A stretch of 64,000 nucleotides of DNA from Candidatus Aminicenantales bacterium (GTDB lineage: Bacteria > Acidobacteriota > Aminicenantia > Aminicenantales > Saccharicenantaceae). This document shows positions 10,826 to 19,203 of the stretch, one piece after another. The translations under genes were made by a program, and so were the position numbers. The DNA is taken from contig JBEKBS010000006.1 in the NCBI GenBank assembly GCA_050015275.1, positions 2,733-66,732 on the forward strand. The letters are read 5' to 3'. The notes under the pieces were generated by a model. The model was not told the origin of the DNA and ran no database searches. It saw only the letters and a list, made by a program, of their open reading frames with translations. Numbering within the stretch: position 1 is the first letter of the stretch; each line of letters opens with the position of its first letter.

Positions 10826-11389
10826 ATGAAAAGAATCTTGGCCGCGTCCGTCATTCTTGCCGCCGTCGGCTCCCTCTACGGTCAGAGCGTTGCCGACCTT
10901 TCGCGTCAGGAGAAGGCGCGCCGGGAGAGCCTCAAAGACCGGCGCGCCAAGGTCGTCACGAACGTTGACCTGGCCGCCCTCCGGAAGCTCCCCGCGCTGA
11001 TCACGCCCTCCGAGCAAACCGCGGCAGAAAACCCGGAGATGTCCGGCGGTCCCGTCTCGAATTCCCCGGCTTCGGCGCGCAACGATATGGTCCCTTCGGT
11101 CGCTCCGAATGGCCCTGCTCTCTCTTATCCGGGATCGTCCAGCTCTGTCGGCGGCGCGGGGAACCTCGAGGCCCAGCTCAAGGCCGCCAATGAACAGGTC
11201 GATCTCTTAACGGACAAGATGAACCAGCTGCTTCAGGAGTCCAACAACCTGAACACCATGACTCCCCGGGACGTCATCATGCAGCAGATCGACGACACGA
11301 GCCAGAAACTGGCCCAGGCCCAGGACGACGCGGCCAAGCTGAAAGCCCAGCTCGAAGCGGCCCAGAAAAATCCGCCGGCCAAGCGATAG
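10826..11389 (+). CDS. secreted hypothetical protein with a C-terminal coiled coil
   Basis: Signal peptide MKRILAASVILAAVGSLYGQ. The C-terminal region is heptad-rich (EAQLKAANEQVDLLTDKMNQLLQE...KLAQAQDDAAKLKAQLEAAQK). It has no prepilin motif. Confidence 0.55.
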   Translation: MKRILAASVILAAVGSLYGQSVADLSRQEKARRESLKDRRAKVVTNVDLAALRKLPALITPSEQTAAENPEMSGGPVSNSPASARNDMVPSVAPNGPALSYPGSSSSVGGAGNLEAQLKAANEQVDLLTDKMNQLLQESNNLNTMTPRDVIMQQIDDTSQKLAQAQDDAAKLKAQLEAAQKNPPAKR

Positions 11390-11463
11390 CCGCGGCGCCG
11401 CCGTCCCTTCCCCGACGCTCGTCCCTGCTCCCCTTAAAGTCGGCTCCCGATGGGGCCGCCCGC

Positions 11464-13587
11464 TCACTTGCCCTTCGGCGTGATCCCCACGTTGGCGAAC
11501 ATGAACGCCCAGGTGTCCGTCAGGGCTTCGATGGCCTTGCTCAGGTTGCTCGAGCCGTGGCCGGAGCGCGTCTCGATCCGGATGAGGACGGGGTTCGCGC
11601 AGGCCTGCTTCTCCTGGAGGGTAGCCGCGAACTTGAACGAATGGGCCGGCACCACCCGGTCGTCGTGGTCGGCCGTCGTGACCAGGGTCGCCGGATAACA
11701 GACCCCCGCCTTGAGGTTGTGCAGGGGCGAATAGGCGTAAAGGTTCCTGAAATTCTTCTCGTCGTCGCTCGACCCGTACTCGACGGCCCAGCCCCAGCCG
11801 ACCGTGAACTTGTGGTAGCGGAGCATGTCCATGACCCCGACCGCCGGGAGGCAGACCCGGAAGAGGTCCGGGCGCTGGGTCATGACCGCCCCGATGAGCA
11901 GCCCGCCGTTCGAGCCGCCCGCCACGGCCAGGGTGTCCTTCGAAGCATATTTTTCCCTGATGAGGTACTCGGCCGCCGCGATGAAATCGTCAAAGACGTT
12001 CTGCTTGTTGAGGAGCATCCCGGCCTTGTGCCAGGCCTCGCCATATTCGCCGCCGCCGCGGAGGTTGGCCAGGGCGAAGACCCCCCCGTTCTCGAGGAGG
12101 ACGAGATAGCTGGGGCTGAAGGAGGGCTGTTCGCTGATATTGAACCCGCCGTAGGCCGTCAGGTAGGCCGGGTTCCGGCCGTCGAGCTTCAGGCCTTTCT
12201 TGTGGACGATAAACATCGGCACTCTTGTGCCGTCCTTGCTGGGATAAAAAACCTGCTTGGTCTCGTAGTCGGCGGAGTTGAACTTGACCTCGCTCTGGCG
12301 AAAGACCTCCGACCGGCCGCCGGCCGGCTCGTATTTGTAGATCGTCGGCGGGTAGGTGAAGGAGGTGAACGTGTAGAACAGGATCTTCTCGTCCCGCTTG
12401 CCGCCGAAGCCGCCGGCCGTGCCCAGGGCGGGCAGCCCGATCTCCCGGACGAGCGTCCCGTCGAGGCGGTGCTGGTAGATCTTGGTGTTGGCGTCCTTGA
12501 GATACTGGCAGAAGAGGTAGCCGCCGGCCGCGTTGGCCGCGCTCAGGACCTCGGGCTTTTCGGGGATGACGGTCCGCCAGCTTTTCGTGGCCGGCTTTTT
12601 GGGATCGATGAGCACGACCCGGAAATTCGCGGCGTCGACGTTCGTGTAGACCAGGACTTTGTCTCTCACGGCGTCGATGGGCGCGCTGTCGAACTCGAAA
12701 CCCTTGACGAGAGGCTGCCACTTCGCGGCCTTCCGGGTCAGGCTCTTGACGTAAAGCTCATTGCCGCTCGTGCCTTCGGACACGGTGACGAACAGGAACT
12801 TCTCGTCCTCGGTCGTCTCGGCGTTGAGGTAGCGCAGCGGGTGGTCCTTATCCTCATAGACCAGGGCATCCTTCTCCTGGGGATCTCCGAGCTTGTGGAA
12901 GAAGACCTTCTGGAACTCGTTCTTGGCCTTGAGCTCCTGGCCCGGGGCGGGCTTGTCGTAGCCGCTATAATAGAAGCCGTTCCCCTGCCAGGCGGCGCCG
13001 GAGAACTTCACCCAACGGATGCGGTCGGGCAGCTCCTTTTTCGTCGCGATCTCCATGATCCGGATCTCGGACCAATCGGAGCCGGCCTCGCCGCGGGACA
13101 GGGCGACGTAGCGGTCGTCCCGGGAGAGGCTCACGATGCCGAGGCGCACGGTCCCGTCCGGGGAGAGGGCGTTGGGGTCGAAGAAGACCTCCGGCGTCCC
13201 GTCCAGCCCCTTCTGGATGTAGCAGACGGACTGGTTCTGGAGGCCGTCATTCTTGTAAAAGAAATAGTATTCCCCCGCCCGGAAAGGCGACGAGTATCGG
13301 GGGTAGTTGAAGATCTCCGTCAGCCTCTGCTTGATCTTCTCGCGGAACGGGATCTGGCCGAGGTAGCCGAACGTCACGGCGTTCTCGGCCTGGACCCAGG
13401 CCTTCACGTCCGCGGCGTTGTCGTCCTCGAGCCAGCGGTAGGGGTCGGCGACCTTGGTCCCGAAATAATCGTCCACCTGGTCCACCTTTTTCGTGGCCGG
13501 GTAGGACAATCTCGCCGCGCTTTTCTGGCAGGCGGCGACGCCCAGCAGGACGAACATCGCGCAGAGTATAAACATCATTTTTCTCAT
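11464..13587 (-). CDS. prolyl oligopeptidase (S9A family) lipoprotein
   Basis: Start trimmed to MRKMMFILCAMFVLLGVAAC (lipobox) with GGAG upstream. The body is PEP-like (beta-propeller region plus a catalytic domain containing GGSNGGLLIGAVMTQRPDLF and HDDRV). Confidence 0.9.
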   Translation of the reverse strand: MRKMMFILCAMFVLLGVAACQKSAARLSYPATKKVDQVDDYFGTKVADPYRWLEDDNAADVKAWVQAENAVTFGYLGQIPFREKIKQRLTEIFNYPRYSSPFRAGEYYFFYKNDGLQNQSVCYIQKGLDGTPEVFFDPNALSPDGTVRLGIVSLSRDDRYVALSRGEAGSDWSEIRIMEIATKKELPDRIRWVKFSGAAWQGNGFYYSGYDKPAPGQELKAKNEFQKVFFHKLGDPQEKDALVYEDKDHPLRYLNAETTEDEKFLFVTVSEGTSGNELYVKSLTRKAAKWQPLVKGFEFDSAPIDAVRDKVLVYTNVDAANFRVVLIDPKKPATKSWRTVIPEKPEVLSAANAAGGYLFCQYLKDANTKIYQHRLDGTLVREIGLPALGTAGGFGGKRDEKILFYTFTSFTYPPTIYKYEPAGGRSEVFRQSEVKFNSADYETKQVFYPSKDGTRVPMFIVHKKGLKLDGRNPAYLTAYGGFNISEQPSFSPSYLVLLENGGVFALANLRGGGEYGEAWHKAGMLLNKQNVFDDFIAAAEYLIREKYASKDTLAVAGGSNGGLLIGAVMTQRPDLFRVCLPAVGVMDMLRYHKFTVGWGWAVEYGSSDDEKNFRNLYAYSPLHNLKAGVCYPATLVTTADHDDRVVPAHSFKFAATLQEKQACANPVLIRIETRSGHGSSNLSKAIEALTDTWAFMFANVGITPKGK

Positions 13588-13601
13588 TTTCACTCCTCTT
13601 C

Positions 13602-14051
13602 TTATTTTCCGAAGTCGACGTCGTCCGGGAGCTCGTCGACGTCGCCGGCCGGGCCACAGGGGAAATGGGCGGCGAGCTTCCTCCCCGCCTCCTCGATGGC
13701 CCGGACGAGGCCCTCGGTGAACTCGCCCTTGCGGAAGTGCCCGGAGAGGATGGAGGCCAGCGAATCCCAGAATTCCTGGCCGACGCGGGCGTGGATCCCC
13801 TCGTCCCCGAGGACGACAAAGCGCCGCCGCGACGGGACGATGAAGAACAGGATGCCGTTCCTCTCCTTCGTCTGGTCCATCTTCAGCCGGGCGAAAGCTC
13901 TCTGGGCCACGCGCCGGACCGGCCCCCAGAAAAATGGGGCGACCGAAACGCGGATCTCGCCCGAGGTCTCGTGCTCGGCCTCGATGATCGCTCTTTTGAC
14001 CCGCTCGGCGTCGATCGTTCTCATCAGCCTGCGCCTGCTGCGGACCGTCAT
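13602..14051 (-). CDS. TPM-domain protein (DUF477/TLP18.3-like)
   Basis: GILFFIVPSRRRFVVLGDEGIHARVG matches the TPM-domain core motif. The gene lies in an operon with the next two genes. Confidence 0.65.
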   Translation of the reverse strand: MTVRSRRRLMRTIDAERVKRAIIEAEHETSGEIRVSVAPFFWGPVRRVAQRAFARLKMDQTKERNGILFFIVPSRRRFVVLGDEGIHARVGQEFWDSLASILSGHFRKGEFTEGLVRAIEEAGRKLAAHFPCGPAGDVDELPDDVDFGK

Positions 14052-14063
14052 GCGCTCCCTCCT

Positions 14064-14813
14064 TCACCACGACCCGGACGCGCCGCCGCCGCCCGAACGC
14101 CCGCCGCCGCCGCTGAAGCCGCCGCCCCCTCCCCAGCCTCCCCCGCCGCCGCCCCGCCCCCCGGAAAAAAAGCTGAAAAGAAGCCACAGGGCCAGGGACG
14201 GATGGGTGACGAGGAGGATGAGGAAAAAAATGACGGCCACGACCATGAAGACCGAGCTCAGGGTGGACCTGGCCCGCGCCCCCCGGGGCGCGCCTTCTCG
14301 AGGCGGGCTGGCCTCTTCCCGGCCCGAGACGAGCGAAAGAAGGCCCGCAACCGCCTCAGGAACGGCGGCGTCCTGTTGGCCGCTCCTGAAACCTGGGACG
14401 AGGATTTCGTTGATGATCCGGAAGGCACTGGCGTCGGGGACGCGCTCCTCGAGACCGTAGCCGACCTCGATCTTGACCTTGCGGTCCCCGGCCATGATGA
14501 AGAGGACCAGGCCGTCGTCGAGCCCCTTGCGGCCCACCTTCCAGGCCTCGAAGGCCTTGACGGCCCACTCCTCGATGGCGACGCCGCCCGTGGTCCGGCC
14601 GACATAGACGAGGACCTGGTGCCCGGTCGCCTTCTCGTAGGCTTCGAGACGGGCATCGAGCAACGCGACCGTGTCCGGGGAAAGAAAACCCGCCTCGTCG
14701 GTGGCCCAGCGGGCCGGGGCGGGCGGGATCTTGATATCCTGGGCCGCGAGGAAGAGCCCCGCGCAGAGCAGGAGGGCGGGGAGGACGGCGGCCGATCGGA
14801 GGCGGGCCGGCAT
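14064..14813 (-). CDS. TPM-domain membrane protein (YgcG-like) with a glycine-rich C-terminal tail
   Basis: Signal peptide, then TDEAGFLSPDTVALLDARLEAYEKATGHQVLVYV...GLVLFIMAGDRKVKIEVGYGLE (TPM domain). A TM helix and a GGRGGGGGGWGGGGGFSGGGG tail follow. Confidence 0.8.
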   Translation of the reverse strand: MPARLRSAAVLPALLLCAGLFLAAQDIKIPPAPARWATDEAGFLSPDTVALLDARLEAYEKATGHQVLVYVGRTTGGVAIEEWAVKAFEAWKVGRKGLDDGLVLFIMAGDRKVKIEVGYGLEERVPDASAFRIINEILVPGFRSGQQDAAVPEAVAGLLSLVSGREEASPPREGAPRGARARSTLSSVFMVVAVIFFLILLVTHPSLALWLLFSFFSGGRGGGGGGWGGGGGFSGGGGRSGGGGASGSW

Positions 14814-14826
14814 CAGGGTCGCTGGC

Positions 14827-15432
14827 CTAGAACTTGACCTTGGGCGCCGCTTCCGAGCCGGGCTGGGCCTTGAAGTACGGCTTTTCGTTGAACCGCGCGC
14901 CGAAGAAGCCGGCGATGAGGACGGTCGGGAAGCTCATCCGCTTGGTGTTGAAGGCCTGGGCCGCTTCGTTGAAGCGCATCCGCTCCGTCGCGATCCGGTT
15001 CTCCGTCCCCTCGAGCTGGGCCTGGAGCGTCTTGAAATTCTCCGTGGCCTTGAGGTCCGGGTACTTCTCCATCACGACGAGCAGGCGCGACAGGGCCGAG
15101 GACAGTCCGTCCTGGGCCTGCTGGAACTTGGCGAAGGCCTCGGGATTGATCTTGTCGGCCGAAAGCTGGACCTGGCCGACCTTGGCCCTGGCCTCTGTGA
15201 CGGCCGTGAAGGTCGACTTCTCGAAATCCGCGGCCCCCTTGACGGTCTCGACCAGGTTCGGGACAAGGTCCGCCCGCCGCTGGTAGACGTTCTCGACCTG
15301 GGCCCACTGGGCCTGGACCTTCTGGTCGAGCCGGACGAGCTGGTTGTAGGTCCCGCTGGCGGACAGCGCCAGAATGATGACCGCCAGGACGACGATGCCC
15401 AGGCAGCCGAACATGAATTTCTTGGTGGCCAT
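14827..15432 (-). CDS. lemA: LemA family protein
   Basis: N-terminal TM helix followed by the LemA core (QLVRLDQKVQAQWAQVENVYQRRADLVPNLVETVKG...ATERMRFNEAAQAFNTKRMSFPTVLIAGFFG). Confidence 0.85.
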   Translation of the reverse strand: MATKKFMFGCLGIVVLAVIILALSASGTYNQLVRLDQKVQAQWAQVENVYQRRADLVPNLVETVKGAADFEKSTFTAVTEARAKVGQVQLSADKINPEAFAKFQQAQDGLSSALSRLLVVMEKYPDLKATENFKTLQAQLEGTENRIATERMRFNEAAQAFNTKRMSFPTVLIAGFFGARFNEKPYFKAQPGSEAAPKVKF

Positions 15433-15494
15433 TCCTGTCTCTCCCTTGCGATGTAGATGAATCCCGGAGATCCGGGCTCGTCCTCCATTGTAGG

Positions 15495-16484
15495 GTGGAC
15501 GGCCCCGAATATCAAGGGTATAATCGTCCCGTGGAACGGATCGCCATCCTGACGAGGGACTGCGCGGGGGTCAATGCCGCCATCCGGGCCGCGGTCCGGA
15601 CAGCGGCAACGGCCCGGCTCGAGGTCCTCGGCGTCCTGCGCGGATACGAAGGCCTCATCGACGGGGATTTCGTTCCCCTCGACCGCCGGTCGGTCTCGAG
15701 CATCATCAACCTCGGCGGGACCATCCTGAAGACCGCCCGCTCGGAGCGCTTCTTCACCGCCGAAGGCCAGGCCCGGGCGTTCAGGAGCATCGAGGCCCGC
15801 GGGATCGAAGGCCTCATCGTCATCGGCGGGAACGGCAGCCTGGCCGGCGCCCACGTCCTGGCGTCCGCATACGGGGTCAGGACCGTCGGCGTCCCGGCGA
15901 CCATCGACAACGACGTCAACGGCGTCGACGCCACGATCGGCGCCGACACCTCCGTCAACGTCGCCCTGGACGCCCTGGACAAGATCCGCGACACGGCCAC
16001 GAGCTTGGAGAGGATCTTCGTCGTCGAGGTCATGGGCCGGCTCTGCGGCTATATCGCCATGCAGGTGGCCCTGGCGGGAGGATGCGAGGAGGTCCTGCTC
16101 CCGGAACGGAAGTTCGACCCGGAGGCGATGTGCCGGGAGATCAAGGATGGCCACGCCCGCGGCAAGGCGAGTTGGATCATCATCACCGCCGAGGGGAAGG
16201 CCCACGCGTCGGACGTTGCCGCGGCCATCACCCGGGACACGGGGCTCGAGACGAGGATCGCGGTCCTCGGCCATATCCAGAGAGGCGGCCGTCCCACGGC
16301 TTTCGACCGGATCCTGGCGGCCCGCCTCGGCCACGCCGCCGTCGAGGCCCTTATCGACGGGAAGTCCGACGTCTGCGTCCACATGAAGAACGGGAACCTC
16401 GAGCTCCTGCCGCTCGAGACCGCCATCCAGCCCAAGGCCTGCGAGGTCTTGGACGACTATCGCCTCCTCAAGGTCCTGGCTTAG
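15495..16484 (+). CDS. pfk: 6-phosphofructokinase family protein with an atypical nucleotide-binding region
   Basis: PFK-family motifs are present: GGTILKTAR, IVIGGNGSLAGA, GVPATIDNDV, VVEVMGR, LGHIQRGG. The listed GTG start is at 15495. An alternative GTG at 15531 (M/VERIAILT) sits directly downstream of a perfect TATAAT at 15519-15524. Confidence 0.8.
   Translation: MDGPEYQGYNRPVERIAILTRDCAGVNAAIRAAVRTAATARLEVLGVLRGYEGLIDGDFVPLDRRSVSSIINLGGTILKTARSERFFTAEGQARAFRSIEARGIEGLIVIGGNGSLAGAHVLASAYGVRTVGVPATIDNDVNGVDATIGADTSVNVALDALDKIRDTATSLERIFVVEVMGRLCGYIAMQVALAGGCEEVLLPERKFDPEAMCREIKDGHARGKASWIIITAEGKAHASDVAAAITRDTGLETRIAVLGHIQRGGRPTAFDRILAARLGHAAVEALIDGKSDVCVHMKNGNLELLPLETAIQPKACEVLDDYRLLKVLA
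15496..15524 (+). promoter_or_regulatory. candidate sigma70 promoter (TGGACG-N17-TATAAT) immediately upstream of GTG 15531; possible leaderless pfk transcript
   Basis: Sequence gTGGACGgccccgaatatcaagggTATAATcgtcccGTG. Confidence 0.3.
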
Positions 16485-16553
16485 CGCTCCCGGCCCGTCA
16501 GCTCCGCCGGTCCGGCCGATCGATCCATGGGACAAGGCTTGGAGGACCGCGGG

Positions 16554-18074
16554 TCAATCGGCCAGGATATAGTCGGCGGCCAGGCTGCCTGTATAGAGGG
16601 CTGTCGGGACCCCGCCGAGGAAAAGCTCCGCGGCCGCATAAACGCCGGCCGCGAAGAGGCCGGGCACGGGCGTCCGGACGAGGACCTTTCCGGGCAGGAG
16701 GCCGGATCCTTCGGGGGACCACGTCCAGCCGGCGATCGACCCTTCATAGCGGCTGCCCCAATCGCGGTACGTGAGAGGCGTCGCGACCTCCTGGACCTCG
16801 ATGGCCTTCGAAAGGTCCGGGAGGATGGTCTCCACGGTCTGGATGAGGCCCCGGGCCAGCCGCGCCTTGTATCCCTTGTATCCTTCCTTCCTTTCCTTCT
16901 CGCCGGTCCGCCAGGCGGCGAAGCGCTCGTACGGAAAGCCCACCCTCAGGACAAGGGAGGCGCGGCCCGCCGGGGCCAGGTCGGGGGCTTTCCTCGACCA
17001 GAAACAGATCTCGATCTCCCGGTTGTCGAAATCCTCCGGGCCGCCGGCCGCTCCCTCCCGGATCTCCTTCCGGAAGAACAGGTGCTCGGCATGGATGGCC
17101 CCGAGGTCCGTCTCATTTGGCCTGACCCCGAGGTAGACGCAGAGCTCGGAACCCGTGTAGGGGACGGCCCGGATGGGGCCCAGGTCCACTCCCGGAATGT
17201 CCGCCGCGTCCAGGAGATCGAGGAATGTCGTCTTGTAGTCCGCGTTCGAGACCACCCAGCGGGAGTCGAGGGCCTCTCCCCTTGCCGTCACGACGCCCGC
17301 GGCCCGGCCTCTCCGGACGATGATCCTCCGGACGGGTTCCGAGAGCCTGACCTCCCCGCCGAGGTCCGTGATCTTTCTCCGGAGAAGGTCGGCCATCCCG
17401 TGGATGCCGCAGGAGGGGAACCAGATGCCCTCCTCGGCCATGATGTTCCACATCAGGGCGAGGTTCAACATGGACATTTCCGGCGGGCTCGTCCCCATGG
17501 ACCCCAGGAAATTCCTCAGTTGGGCATTTCCGATGACCCGTTCGAGAGGCTCGGCGGCCGGAGTCCCGGAAAGCCGCCGGACCTCGGCCGCCCGGGCTTC
17601 CGTCCCGGCCGCACCCGCTCGCGCTCCACGATCTCTCGACCCCGGACGAGGACCGAAATCGGGGTGCCAGAGGTCCATGTCCTTGGCCACGGCGATGGAC
17701 TTTTGGAGTTGTCCGAAGAACTCGCCGAGGCCGCTCTTCTCTTCCGGGAAGATCGCGGCGAGGCCCGATTCCATGTCGGGCAGGGATTGGGACATCATGA
17801 CGTCGAGGAACGGCGTCCGGAGCTCGAAGCCGTTCCGCCGGAAGCTGACCGATTCGGCGACGCCGGCCTCCTCCAGGAAATCGCGGACGCGGCCCGGAAA
17901 GCTGAACGAGAGAGGCCCCATGGGGAACGAGTGCCCGCCGCGCTTGAAGACGTAGCCCGTCCCTCCCGGGAGGAATTTTTTTTCGAGGACAAGGACCTTC
18001 CTCCCCCTCCGGGCGAGCTTCGCGGCGGCCATCAACCCGCCCAGGCCGGCCCCGATCACGATGACGTCCGTCAT
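16554..18074 (-). CDS. FAD/NAD(P)-dependent oxidoreductase, phytoene desaturase (CrtI)-like family
   Basis: N-terminal dinucleotide-binding motif MTDVIVIGAGLGGLMAAAKLARRGRKVLVLEK. The C-terminal end (AAGVYAAAELFLGGVPTALYTGSLAA) is typical of amine-oxidase/CrtI-family flavoproteins. Confidence 0.8.
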   Translation of the reverse strand: MTDVIVIGAGLGGLMAAAKLARRGRKVLVLEKKFLPGGTGYVFKRGGHSFPMGPLSFSFPGRVRDFLEEAGVAESVSFRRNGFELRTPFLDVMMSQSLPDMESGLAAIFPEEKSGLGEFFGQLQKSIAVAKDMDLWHPDFGPRPGSRDRGARAGAAGTEARAAEVRRLSGTPAAEPLERVIGNAQLRNFLGSMGTSPPEMSMLNLALMWNIMAEEGIWFPSCGIHGMADLLRRKITDLGGEVRLSEPVRRIIVRRGRAAGVVTARGEALDSRWVVSNADYKTTFLDLLDAADIPGVDLGPIRAVPYTGSELCVYLGVRPNETDLGAIHAEHLFFRKEIREGAAGGPEDFDNREIEICFWSRKAPDLAPAGRASLVLRVGFPYERFAAWRTGEKERKEGYKGYKARLARGLIQTVETILPDLSKAIEVQEVATPLTYRDWGSRYEGSIAGWTWSPEGSGLLPGKVLVRTPVPGLFAAGVYAAAELFLGGVPTALYTGSLAADYILAD

Positions 18075-18252
18075 TGCTTTTATGATATCACATCCGGGGC
18101 GGATGACCCTCCTTCGTCTTAGGAGGAAGGGCTTCGGCGAGGTTGACGACGGGTGTCAGCCCGGGCCGCGTTCTTGACGGCCGTCCCCGCCCTGGGATAG
18201 GATTCTGTCAGGCCGAGCGTCCGGCGCGAAGAATTCAACCCGGGAGGACGGC

Positions 18253-19203
18253 GTGCCCGTGAAAATGAAATTCCCGACCCATCCGCAGCTGTGTCTGGTG
18301 GCGGCCCTCGCCGCCTTTCTTCTTTTTGCCCCGGCCTGCGCCGAAAAGCCGGCCGAAAAGACCGTCCCGCCGCAGGCCGCGCCACCGGGCCCGGCCAAGG
18401 TCGTCTATGCCGGCGTCCGTTCGTCCAAGTACGGCATCAAGCCCTTCCCCGGGCCGGCGGCCTGGGAAAAGGCCATCGGGGCCATGACCGCCTACTTCCC
18501 CGGGTCGGCGCCTTGCGGGATCTGGATCGTCGGGACGATGGCCAGGACGCCGCGGTTCGCTCACCTCGAATTCCCTTCCGGTGGGAAGTCCTTCCCCAAC
18601 GTGGAGTTCGAAGAGGCCGACAGGCACGAGCGCTATCTCAGCGAATTCGACAAGGCCGGGATCAGTGTTTTTCTCCAGGTGGAGCCGGCCAACGCGGACA
18701 TGGGCACTCTCATCGACCTCGTCCTCGGCCGTTACAAACACCATCGCTCGGTCATCGGCTTCGGTGTCGACGTCGAGTGGAACAGGACGTCGGACCACCC
18801 CGAAACCGGGATGGCCGTGGACGACGCCACTGCCCGGACCTGGGAAGAAAAGGTCAAGTCCCACAACCCCGCCTACCGGCTGTTCCTGAAGCATTGGGAC
18901 GAGAAATGGATGCCCCCGACCTATCGGGGGGACATCGTCTTTGTCGACGACAGCCAGATCTTCCCGGGGATGGAGCCCATGGTCAAGGAATTCGTCGAGA
19001 GCTGGGCCCCGGCGTTCTATCCCAACCTGGTCATTTTTCAGATCGGGTACAATTCCGACAAGCCCTGGTGGTCGAAGCTCCCCGACCCGCCCAAGGCGAT
19101 CGGGGAGGCCATCCGGAAGAGGGTCAGGCAGGAGATCGGGATCATCTGGGTCGATTTTTCCCTGCGTGAAGTCCTGCCGCTCGGCGAGGGTCAGCGGCCG
19201 TGA
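18253..19203 (+). CDS. lipoprotein, putative glycoside-hydrolase-like TIM-barrel protein
   Basis: GTG start with GGAGG 5 nt upstream. Lipobox LLFAPAC. The internal region (GISVFLQVEPANADMGTLIDLVLGRYKHHRSVIGFGVDVEWN) resembles GH-like barrels. Confidence 0.55.
   Translation: MPVKMKFPTHPQLCLVAALAAFLLFAPACAEKPAEKTVPPQAAPPGPAKVVYAGVRSSKYGIKPFPGPAAWEKAIGAMTAYFPGSAPCGIWIVGTMARTPRFAHLEFPSGGKSFPNVEFEEADRHERYLSEFDKAGISVFLQVEPANADMGTLIDLVLGRYKHHRSVIGFGVDVEWNRTSDHPETGMAVDDATARTWEEKVKSHNPAYRLFLKHWDEKWMPPTYRGDIVFVDDSQIFPGMEPMVKEFVESWAPAFYPNLVIFQIGYNSDKPWWSKLPDPPKAIGEAIRKRVRQEIGIIWVDFSLREVLPLGEGQRP

Noticed and set aside
14064..14200. Gly-rich repeats (GGRGGGGGGWGGGGG) as a nucleotide repeat or CRISPR-like element
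   Set aside because: It is the coding sequence of the YgcG-type C-terminal tail. It is not interspaced and has no spacers.
11557..14460. 967-aa plus-strand ORF
   Set aside because: Antisense to the prolyl oligopeptidase and TPM genes; low-complexity Arg/Gly/Pro-rich translation.
16527..18122. 531-aa plus-strand ORF
   Set aside because: Antisense to the CrtI-like oxidoreductase, which has clear FAD motifs.
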